From: an uncultured virus (IMG/VR IMGVR_UViG_3300044723_011150) | Lineage: Duplodnaviria; Heunggongvirae; Uroviricota; Caudoviricetes | DNA length: 20,000 bases | Strand: one strand, 5' to 3' | Virus record (IMG/VR): IMGVR_UViG_3300044723_011150 | In this document: piece by piece, positions 9,385 through 16,828 of the stretch | Position numbering within the stretch: position 1 is the first letter of the stretch | Layout: the number at the start of each line of letters is the position of its first letter | The notes under the pieces: generated by a model | Told to the model about the DNA's origin: nothing | Seen by the model: only the letters and a program-made list of their open reading frames with translations | The model's database searches: none | Program-made: the position numbers and the translations under genes

Positions 9385-9879
9385 TTATACTTTTCTTCGA
9401 GTGTCCTTTAGTCGTTCTTCGGAGTACTCGTATAATAGCCAAGGCAGTCCGCCTATATGCAATACTCCAGCCCATGTTTTTTCTATGGGAGGAGGTCTTG
9501 GTATAGTAAAAGGAAAATTAATATCCTTTAACCAAAGTACAGAAGCAACTTCTTTTCTTTCTATTTTTCGTATTTTATAATATTTGAGAGAAGCGTTCAT
9601 AGTTTTTTGGTAGATAAATGGAGTACCATTACTATCTATAAAAGACTTAGTGCTTTGCTTCAAAATTCCAATTAACGAATCAATAGAGTGTTTAAGAGGT
9701 ACTAGTTCTGTAAAATGGGTTTGTAAACGACGTATGCCGAGGGAAGCCCCCGGCATATTTTTATCGTCTACTACTTGATTATCGAGTAGCAATAATCCAT
9801 CTATAAGTTCCCAGTTACTATTTGGAAGAATATATACTGGGAACTTAATTTTCTTTATTTCTCTATAAGTAACTATCAC
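9385..9879 (-). CDS. Conserved T5-like hypothetical protein downstream of the polymerase
   Basis: 164-aa ORF with GTG start overlapping the pol stop. FPVY and FIDSNG motifs recall the T5 gene at this position. Confidence 0.75.
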   Translation of the reverse strand: MIVTYREIKKIKFPVYILPNSNWELIDGLLLLDNQVVDDKNMPGASLGIRRLQTHFTELVPLKHSIDSLIGILKQSTKSFIDSNGTPFIYQKTMNASLKYYKIRKIERKEVASVLWLKDINFPFTIPRPPPIEKTWAGVLHIGGLPWLLYEYSEERLKDTRRKV

Positions 9880-12149
9880 TGTGCATAGGATTTTTCAAAC
9901 TTACCCATAGAGTAATCGTCTCCAACTTCAAAGTCGCATCCAACGGGAGCGCCCGATATAGATACTCCTCTATCCATTTGAATAAACTTTTGTAGATTTT
10001 CACAGTAAAAATCAATTTCATTTTCTGGAACTTCTGCTAATATTGAGTCATGAACAAGTGCAAAGATTCTTGATTTCATTCTTTGACTTTTTATAAACGA
10101 ACCCATGTCTATAGCCCCTAAAAGGTTAATATCAGAAGCAGTAGACTGCACCAGAAAGTTAAGGCCAGACCTAATGCTATGACTCTTGATGCCTGCGTCT
10201 GTCGATGAGACATTCGGCAATCTCCTCTTGCGACCAAAAAAGCTATATACAAATCCATTATGCTCAATAAATTTTTGATTATTATCAATCCACTGTCTCA
10301 ATTTATGAAAAGATTTAAAATAATCATCAATAACTTCTTTTGCCTCTTGCTGGCTAAAATAAGTACCCGAATCTTTAGTAACTTGTTCACTAATTTTCTT
10401 TGGGCCTGCGCCATACATAATACCAAAGGTTACGGCTTTAGCTGCTTGGCGCTGTGTGCCGTATAGCTCTGCCACCTCTTCTACATTACAAGGCAGTTTA
10501 AAAACTGTTTTTGCAATCGTACTGTGAAAGTTTCCACCACTGCGAAATACATTCATAAGAGCTTCATCTTCTGCGAGTTTTGCGGCTACATATACTTCTG
10601 CAGTTGTTAAGTCCATTGCCACGATCTTATGACCTGGCCCTGCTTTAATGCACCCCTTGACAATAGGATTATCTCTAGGAAGCTGTTGCATATTTAACTT
10701 ACCACTACTTGATAAACGACCAGAAGTCGTACCATGTAGATTAAAGTTTGTTCTCAATCGACTATCTCTGTCGAGTTGAGGAATAATTTTATCAAGATAA
10801 GTATTCTTGATTTTAGATTTTTGTCGAATATCAAGTATAAGTCCAGGTACTTCCGACTGTGCTGACAGTGCATTTAATACTTCTGCATCAGTGGAGTCAG
10901 CACCTGTACCTGTCTTCTTTCCTGTAGGGTTTAAGCCCAGCATATCAAACAGAAGCTTTCGAAGTTGCACTGTACTGTTTGGATTAAACTCTGCTCCTTG
11001 TATTTCTTCGAACTTACGAATCTTTGGATTCTTATACAAAGTTTCAATGGCCTTATCAATATCTTGTTGCATAAGCTCTTGAGACATCTCTAGTCTTTCC
11101 GCATCAAAAGGAACGCCATTGTCTTGAGTATCAATAAGAAATCTACAACCTGGGATAAGAATGTTATCGTAAACCCATGCCAACTTCTTGTTCTGCTTGA
11201 TTTTTACAAACTTTTCGTATATTAAAAAAGTACATACTGCATCCATTGCAGCATATGTTTTCATTATATCAAAAGGAATCCAACTCCATTGAAAATCTCC
11301 TTTCAGAATACCATTTTCTCTACGATACTGATCAATCCAATCATACATTGGCTTCTCGTAGTCACCATAGGGAGTATACTTTAAGGATAATTGCTTGAGT
11401 CCATGACCTCCAGGATTCTCGTCAATCAGATAATGAAGTAACATGGTATCTTCAAAGCTCGGAAACTTGAAGTTAAAATGATACTCAAAAAATGCCATAT
11501 CAAACTTGGCATTATGAAAAACTACTGTTTTGGTGTCAAATAATTGCTGTAGTAACTGTTCAGTAGTATCATCAAAGCAGTCGGTATCAATATAAGCCCC
11601 GAAAAGACCATTATAAGAAAGACTAATACCCAGCATGTGACCGTTTCGAGGATAAAGACCAGTTGTCTCTGAGTCGAGAGCCACATATCTACAGGGATCT
11701 TTAATGGCTGCCTTAATAAATTCATTTGCTTCTTCCGTGTCTTGTATGCCAAAAGCAATACTATTGTCTATAACTACTTCTTCTATTTCTCCACGAATGT
11801 AAGAAATAATATTATCTTTTGAAGATTCCCACGTATTTCTTGCTTCGGGTTTGAACGCAAGCATAGCAGGATTAATAACAGGCAAGAACTTACCTTCTAC
11901 TTTTTTGCCTGAATACTCTGTCACAGAGTTAATTTTGGTAAAATACTTGAGAGCATCTGAACCTACAAGTATTACCCAATCATACAAATCTGTATCAATT
12001 TGTATGTCACAATCTCGCTTTAATACTTTTTTAATATTAGGGTCTGAGCACAGTTGAAATTGGTCAAAATCAAATGCGCCACCGAACTCATAACTAAAAT
12101 CTGTTCTACTTGGTTTGGTCTCTATTAGAGCGACCTTTGGGCTCGTCAT
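9876..12149 (-). CDS. polA: Family A DNA polymerase, T5 type, with 3'-5' exonuclease
   Basis: ExoI ALDSETTGL, ExoII HNAKFD, ExoIII YAAMDA, TTSGRLSS, motif A DLTTAE, motif B RQAAKAVTFGIMYG and motif C HDS. Confidence 0.97.
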   Translation of the reverse strand: MTSPKVALIETKPSRTDFSYEFGGAFDFDQFQLCSDPNIKKVLKRDCDIQIDTDLYDWVILVGSDALKYFTKINSVTEYSGKKVEGKFLPVINPAMLAFKPEARNTWESSKDNIISYIRGEIEEVVIDNSIAFGIQDTEEANEFIKAAIKDPCRYVALDSETTGLYPRNGHMLGISLSYNGLFGAYIDTDCFDDTTEQLLQQLFDTKTVVFHNAKFDMAFFEYHFNFKFPSFEDTMLLHYLIDENPGGHGLKQLSLKYTPYGDYEKPMYDWIDQYRRENGILKGDFQWSWIPFDIMKTYAAMDAVCTFLIYEKFVKIKQNKKLAWVYDNILIPGCRFLIDTQDNGVPFDAERLEMSQELMQQDIDKAIETLYKNPKIRKFEEIQGAEFNPNSTVQLRKLLFDMLGLNPTGKKTGTGADSTDAEVLNALSAQSEVPGLILDIRQKSKIKNTYLDKIIPQLDRDSRLRTNFNLHGTTSGRLSSSGKLNMQQLPRDNPIVKGCIKAGPGHKIVAMDLTTAEVYVAAKLAEDEALMNVFRSGGNFHSTIAKTVFKLPCNVEEVAELYGTQRQAAKAVTFGIMYGAGPKKISEQVTKDSGTYFSQQEAKEVIDDYFKSFHKLRQWIDNNQKFIEHNGFVYSFFGRKRRLPNVSSTDAGIKSHSIRSGLNFLVQSTASDINLLGAIDMGSFIKSQRMKSRIFALVHDSILAEVPENEIDFYCENLQKFIQMDRGVSISGAPVGCDFEVGDDYSMGKFEKSYAQ

Positions 12150-12159
12150 ATTGTGTTCC

Positions 12160-12240
12160 TTAATTTCTTATATCATTGAAAACCAGTGCGCCTAATCCGG
12201 CTACAGTAAGAAGTAAAAACCATCCGGCTAATAGTTCCAT
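12160..12240 (-). CDS. 26-aa single-pass membrane peptide
   Basis: Hand translation: MELLAGWFLLLTVAGLGALVFNDIRN*. Preceded by AGGAGAGAGAT; fills the primase-polymerase gap, and its TAA runs into the pol RBS (TAAGGA). Confidence 0.65.
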   Translation of the reverse strand: MELLAGWFLLLTVAGLGALVFNDIRN

Positions 12241-12249
12241 ATCTCTCTC

Positions 12250-13077
12250 CTATGAATAAAGTTTTTGTTTCAATTTTTGTACTTGATTTTCCGATAGACC
12301 ACCTGGATCCATATCGGGTATATTTACACTTCGTGTGACTAAATCAACATTTTCACACATTTGTTTTACATTCATTGCTGCTTTTTGACCCGCTTCATCC
12401 CCGTCAAAGAATACTACTGCTTGCTCGACTCCTTGAAGTCGAAGAATAGATAACTTATCTTCATTGATGTTGCGAGTACCAAAACAACATACTGCATTTG
12501 TTAATCCTTTATCGTGTAGGTTTATCATGTCGTAGATTCCTTCTACTAAAATAACACTACCCTGTATCGGGTTTACTTTCGCAGGATACAGAGGCATTCG
12601 TGCCCCAGGCGGATTGATGAGATACTTCGGAGTACCTCCAGTCATATGCCTTGCATTGAAGGCTACAATCTTTCCTGATATGTCACGAATCGGAAACACA
12701 ACTCGACCAATAAAATGCTCATGGTCTTGAAATGCTTCAAACTTACGATAGGTTTCCGGTTTAATACCTCTCCAGTTTCCAACGTAAGGTAATGCACTTG
12801 GGGGAAAAGGCAAGCCCACACTTTCAGCTCTCTTTTCACGAATTTTCTTCTTAATAAGTTCTCTGCGTAAGTGTAGAAAACTTGCCTTTTCTCCAAAATG
12901 CACAAAAAGACTTCCCTTGAATCCACAAGAGAAGCAATGAAAAATACCTGTAATTTGGTCTACTCGCATACTCGGATTATTGTCATCATGCTCAGGATTG
13001 AGACATGATACTACAAAATCTTTTCCTTTCGGCGAAAATGGAACGCTTTTACTCTCTAAAAGTTCTTGTACGTTCAT
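12250..13077 (-). CDS. dnaG: DnaG-type DNA primase (CHC2 zinc finger plus TOPRIM)
   Basis: CLNPEHDDNNPS...FHCFSCG, PKYLINP, LVEGIYD, FFDGDEAG and DPG motifs. Confidence 0.95.
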   Translation of the reverse strand: MNVQELLESKSVPFSPKGKDFVVSCLNPEHDDNNPSMRVDQITGIFHCFSCGFKGSLFVHFGEKASFLHLRRELIKKKIREKRAESVGLPFPPSALPYVGNWRGIKPETYRKFEAFQDHEHFIGRVVFPIRDISGKIVAFNARHMTGGTPKYLINPPGARMPLYPAKVNPIQGSVILVEGIYDMINLHDKGLTNAVCCFGTRNINEDKLSILRLQGVEQAVVFFDGDEAGQKAAMNVKQMCENVDLVTRSVNIPDMDPGGLSENQVQKLKQKLYS

Positions 13078-13355
13078 TAACAGTCCGGATCATAGCTTTG
13101 CCACTCGTCGTATTCGGTAGGCTCATCATACTCATCTTCACTATACCCGTCAGCAAAAGTATGTATTAGAGCCTCTTCAATAGCGTACTGGCAACCTTGA
13201 TAGTAGTCTTTATGCTCATCATCCAGTAGATGAAAAAACGCAGAAATACGGGCAAGCATTGTTTCTGCCAGCTCGAGATTCTGTTCTGACATTGCTGCCT
13301 CTAAAATATCAAAGTAAGGGCCGACCTTAACTTCTACTCTGGGGGGTAAGCTCAT
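13077..13355 (-). CDS. Highly acidic hypothetical protein (92 aa)
   Basis: 23 D/E versus 4 K/R by hand count; ends EWQSYDPDC. AGGA RBS; the stop overlaps the primase start (TAATG). Confidence 0.8.
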   Translation of the reverse strand: MSLPPRVEVKVGPYFDILEAAMSEQNLELAETMLARISAFFHLLDDEHKDYYQGCQYAIEEALIHTFADGYSEDEYDEPTEYDEWQSYDPDC

Positions 13356-13367
13356 CTTTTTATCCTA

Positions 13368-13496
13368 TTAGAATCCGTAATTCCAAGTGTAGTATCCGCC
13401 AGGGAAAAACCATGGAAATGCGTATATCGCTGTAAACACTAGAAGTGTAGCAATTGCGTCTACTTTTAATTTACTATCGGGTATATCTGGTTGCAT
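13368..13496 (-). CDS. 42-aa putative membrane peptide
   Basis: Hand translation: MQPDIPDSKLKVDAIATLLVFTAIYAFPWFFPGGYYTWNYGF*. ATG is coupled to the upstream stop (TAATG) and the ORF fills the gap. Confidence 0.62.
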   Translation of the reverse strand: MQPDIPDSKLKVDAIATLLVFTAIYAFPWFFPGGYYTWNYGF

Positions 13497-13792
13497 TATC
13501 TTCTCATACTCGCTAAATCTTTCATTTGTTGTTCGTCTATAATAGGGATGGCATTGGACTTATGCATGGTTCCAATACCTTTAACAAGGGTTCCCGTGTA
13601 ACGTGGCGCTTCCACTCGAGGGGCAACTCCAACTGTGTCGGGAACCGAGGGATACTCCGTGGTACTCCTGCGGAAATGAGGTCGTTGAGGGGCACTGACA
13701 CCCCCAGTCTTAATAGATACAGCTTTTCTTCGCAAACTTTTCTTCTTTCTTCCAGAGATAGTGTAGCCCAATGATCCATAATAAAGCCCCAT
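13496..13792 (-). CDS. Basic hypothetical protein (98 aa) with YTGTLVKGIGTMHKSNAIP motif
   Basis: AGGAG RBS and a dedicated promoter; 18 K/R versus 6 D/E by hand count. The C-terminal motif resembles an uncharacterised family I recall from aquatic phages. Confidence 0.8.
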   Translation of the reverse strand: MGLYYGSLGYTISGRKKKSLRRKAVSIKTGGVSAPQRPHFRRSTTEYPSVPDTVGVAPRVEAPRYTGTLVKGIGTMHKSNAIPIIDEQQMKDLASMRR

Positions 13793-13818
13793 AAAAAACT
13801 CCTGCCAATTGAAGATAT

Positions 13819-13858
13819 ATTATACCAAAAATCAGCAGGAGTGTCAAGAACTATTTTT
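13819..13858 (-). promoter_or_regulatory. Sigma70-type T5-like promoter, copy 2
   Basis: AAAAATAGTTC-TTGACA (13847-13842), 17-nt spacer, TATAAT (13824-13819). TGG precedes the -10 box, giving an extended -10 TGn. Confidence 0.9.
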
Positions 13859-15209
13859 AGATGTCGTTTATTTCTTCACCAGTTTTATGTTCTTCCGCTT
13901 CTTGTTCGTCTGGTGTTAGTGCGGATTCGGGCCCTATCTTTAGAGTTTCCCAGTTCATTGTTGAAGTGAATGTTCCCATCTTTCCACTTCTCATCTTGGT
14001 ACAGTTAAATGTCATAATCGCATCTTCCGTTTTCCAAGTGTCAATTGTAAACGCGGCATCTGCTGCGTCGAGAATACCCTTTGCAAATCGGGCTTCGCCC
14101 GTAGCATCTATTTGATAAGGACTGTAAACCGGCACTTCATACTCCTGGGCCATTGATTTCAGTGCTTTACTTACTTCTATCTGCTCAGTCCAGTCATACT
14201 GTCCAGCGCGAGATGGAAGGTTGGAACGCTTTACTTGATTAATGTAATCAACAATAATTACACCGACATCCATTGCACTTTTGACTTTCTTGTCAAGCTC
14301 TGCGCGAATCTTTGAAAGAGTCAACGATGCATCATAGACAACATCCAACTGCTGAGTCGGGAGAAGCTCACAGTTAGTCTTTAAATCGTAGTGTAGACGA
14401 TCAAAGTCTCGATGATCGTTATACTCTTTTAGTTTTTCGTCGGCATCGACAAAACGATTCGCCCACCAAGCTGCTACTAGCTCCCACTCTGTAACACTAA
14501 GGTTACGTTTACGAATTTTATCGTGTGAGACTCCAGTAGCAATCGCGCAACATCTTTGTAAAATTTCACGGCTATCCATTTCGATTGTGAAATAGATGGC
14601 AGACTTTCCACTTTCATACACTGTATTTGCAATGTTACAGCAAGTAATGGATTTCCCTGCCCCGCGGCGACCCCCGACAAGAATCAAGTCTCGGGGAGAA
14701 AACTTGAATTCTTCGTCGAATGCGGAGTTCATACCGAGGGGCAGGTACTTGTCCAATTCCTCATCTGCTGGGAACAGGGAAATACGTTGCATACTTTCCT
14801 GGGGCTGCTCTAGTTCAACTTTATCTTCTATATCTAGAACAATCTGATGCAGATGAGATACCGACTCTTCCGCATCTTCAAAAGATATGGAGTTGTCAAT
14901 ATACTTTTCGAGTGAGTACAATATTTCTTTTTGAGTATACTCATTCTTGAGGTATTGAAGCAGCATAGAAGGTTCTGCTTCAACTTCCAGTGCTTCTATA
15001 GCAAGAAGTTTTTCTTGCGTAGCACTATCCCGAATCTCAAACTTTAGATCCTCAAAAGAAGGAACAGTATGATACTTCTGGGAATGTCCATCAATAATAC
15101 TAAAGATGGTGTGGTATTCGGTAGGTAAATAATGCTTACGCAAATAACTCCAGGTATCAGAATCCTGAAGCATAATAATCTGTTTGATTAATGCAGAAGC
15201 AATGTTCAA
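13857..15209 (-). CDS. dnaB: DnaB-like replicative helicase (T5 D6)
   Basis: Walker A GRRGAGKS, FTIEM, IIVDY and ILDAAD. The likely start is TTG 15209 (MNIASALIKQ) after GGGGAA; the track's 15248 start lies inside a terminator hairpin. Confidence 0.92.
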   Translation of the reverse strand: MNIASALIKQIIMLQDSDTWSYLRKHYLPTEYHTIFSIIDGHSQKYHTVPSFEDLKFEIRDSATQEKLLAIEALEVEAEPSMLLQYLKNEYTQKEILYSLEKYIDNSISFEDAEESVSHLHQIVLDIEDKVELEQPQESMQRISLFPADEELDKYLPLGMNSAFDEEFKFSPRDLILVGGRRGAGKSITCCNIANTVYESGKSAIYFTIEMDSREILQRCCAIATGVSHDKIRKRNLSVTEWELVAAWWANRFVDADEKLKEYNDHRDFDRLHYDLKTNCELLPTQQLDVVYDASLTLSKIRAELDKKVKSAMDVGVIIVDYINQVKRSNLPSRAGQYDWTEQIEVSKALKSMAQEYEVPVYSPYQIDATGEARFAKGILDAADAAFTIDTWKTEDAIMTFNCTKMRSGKMGTFTSTMNWETLKIGPESALTPDEQEAEEHKTGEEINDI

Positions 15210-15227
15210 TTTATTCCCCGAATACAC

Positions 15228-15262
15228 AAAAAAGCAACCGTAACGCACCCGCTACGGTTGCT
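15228..15262 (-). terminator. Rho-independent terminator after D5
   Basis: Minus strand AGCAACCGTAGCG-GGTG-CGTTACGGTTGCT followed by a U tract: a 13-bp stem with one G-U pair. Confidence 0.88.
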
Positions 15263-15277
15263 GAAAAGAAAGTCTAC

Positions 15278-16003
15278 TTAGCTAGCAGCCTTTTCTTTTT
15301 TTGAAGCGCCGTCATAGTCAGCGGCTGAAAGGCCACGACGAGTCAGCATAGTCTTGACACCGCGAGCAGTCTTGCCGATTGCTTCCGCGATCTCTTCAAC
15401 AGTCATTCCAGACACATCACCGAGGTCAGCCAAGGGATCTTCCTTAGCTCCACCTTTGGTGTGCTCTTGTCGAGGAATAGCGTCGATTTCACCTGAACGA
15501 AGCAGGCTGAGAGCCTTACCACGAACAGAGTTTACAGAGCGATCAAGAGCTTCTGCAATAGCTTCAACAAACGCACCATCATTTACCATAGAGATAAACT
15601 TAGACTCCTCTTCAGGAGAATAGGTACGAACAGTCTCAACCTTGGGAGCAGGCTTGACATGATCGGTCAGTTCCATAGACAAAATCTTGCCTTGGATAGA
15701 CTTAGCGGAGAAAGCTCCGCCTTCGAAATGCTCAGCGATTTGAGCATAGGTGTACTCACCGCTATTGTCAGAGACAAAAGCTGCGAGAGTTGCTTCTTGA
15801 TCTGCACTAAAAGCGCGGTTAGATCGAGAAGAAGCCAGTTCTACTTCATAGCCCATTTTACGGAGCTTGCTAGAAACAGAACGGGTAGAAGTCTCAAGCT
15901 CTTCTGCTGCTTCTGCAACAGTATCTTGAGAGACAGGACTTTCGCCGCCGACGAAAGCTGTCAGTTGAGCAGTGCGCTCATCAGTCCACTTAGGAAGTGC
16001 CAT
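15278..16003 (-). CDS. D5: T5 D5-like DNA-binding protein / transcription regulator
   Basis: RSVSSKLRK, KSIQGKILSMELT, NSVRGKALSL and RGVKTMLTRRGL..ADYDG segments match recalled T5 D5. Repeated HTH-like units; AGGAG RBS. Confidence 0.88.
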   Translation of the reverse strand: MALPKWTDERTAQLTAFVGGESPVSQDTVAEAAEELETSTRSVSSKLRKMGYEVELASSRSNRAFSADQEATLAAFVSDNSGEYTYAQIAEHFEGGAFSAKSIQGKILSMELTDHVKPAPKVETVRTYSPEEESKFISMVNDGAFVEAIAEALDRSVNSVRGKALSLLRSGEIDAIPRQEHTKGGAKEDPLADLGDVSGMTVEEIAEAIGKTARGVKTMLTRRGLSAADYDGASKKEKAAS

Positions 16004-16004
16004 A

Positions 16005-16763
16005 TTAGTGTTCTCCTAGAAATTCACTTAGGTTTGTTACAATTATTACGCCAGTTTCTCTGGCCTGTTTGGTTTTTGCGGATTCCTGTCCGCCCTCATT
16101 TATGAGGTGAGTTACTTGTTTAGTTAAACTAGACTTTACTTCATAACCCGCTTCATTCAGTGCTGTTGTAGCATCAGCTTTCGTTTTGAAACTCTTCAAA
16201 CGTCCACTAATGCATACAAAGCCCTTACTCGTAGCTGGCTTAGAGTCTGAGAATGTCCAAGAAAACTTAGGCATAGTCTCAAAGAAGTAAGGAGCTTCCA
16301 TTCTCATCCAGTGTACTAAATTATCTGTGGCCTTTGGGCCCAAACCGGCACGATGACAAGTGTCTGCATCTATTTCATGTATAGTTTTTACAGTCTCAGA
16401 CAGCTTCCGTGTTGCCGTGTTTCCAATTAATGGAATACCAAAGGCAGGTAATAAAAGCTCTAGCGGAGCAGAAATAGAGTTCTGAATCTCCGCGTAGAGC
16501 TTTAAAGCCACTTTCTCGGAGCCTAAAGCATCCGCTAATTCATCCTCATTGAAAGAATAAATTTCTGACGGACACGTTAAGTCTAGTTTGGAAATAGCGG
16601 CAGGGCCAAGACCTTTTATTTTTATAGTTTTGGCAAAGTGCTCGACAGCTTTACTATTTTGTGCAGGACAGGTGCCGTTGCGACAAAAAAGCTGGTCATT
16701 TACCCACTCGAGAACAGAGCGACACGAAGGACACTCCGTAGGGGGTAAAATTTCTGCAAACAT
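16005..16763 (-). CDS. ligB: NAD-dependent DNA ligase subunit B (zinc finger, HhH, BRCT)
   Basis: PTECPSC...LFCRNGTCPAQ zinc finger, IKGLGP and GIPLIG HhH motifs, C-terminal BRCT (CISG...SSLTKQVTHLI...SAK..A). Confidence 0.93.
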   Translation of the reverse strand: MFAEILPPTECPSCRSVLEWVNDQLFCRNGTCPAQNSKAVEHFAKTIKIKGLGPAAISKLDLTCPSEIYSFNEDELADALGSEKVALKLYAEIQNSISAPLELLLPAFGIPLIGNTATRKLSETVKTIHEIDADTCHRAGLGPKATDNLVHWMRMEAPYFFETMPKFSWTFSDSKPATSKGFVCISGRLKSFKTKADATTALNEAGYEVKSSLTKQVTHLINEGGQESAKTKQARETGVIIVTNLSEFLGEH

Positions 16764-16788
16764 AGACTACTCCGAAAAGTGAAAGTAT

Positions 16789-16828
16789 ATTATACGAAAA
16801 GTTGAGGTAAAAGTCAAGAACTATTTTT
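16789..16828 (-). promoter_or_regulatory. Sigma70-type T5-like promoter, copy 3 (between ligA and ligB)
   Basis: AAAAATAGTTC-TTGACT (16817-16812), 17-nt spacer, TATAAT (16794-16789). The ligA TGA stop lies inside the -35 box. Confidence 0.88.

Noticed and set aside
15210..15248. Longer helicase start MRYGCFFVYSGNK
   Set aside because: It begins within the terminator stem; TTG 15209 has an RBS and matches the expected D6 N-terminus.
15354..16105. Plus-strand ORFs (89 and 148 aa) antisense to D5/ligB, and the other plus-strand ORFs in the track
   Set aside because: They lie opposite well-supported genes and show no recognisable motifs; they are most simply shadows of minus-strand codon bias.
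16764..16816. ligA/ligB split as a pseudogene, frameshift or intron
   Set aside because: Both halves are intact with their own RBS, the gap is a promoter, and the two-gene ligase is known in T5.
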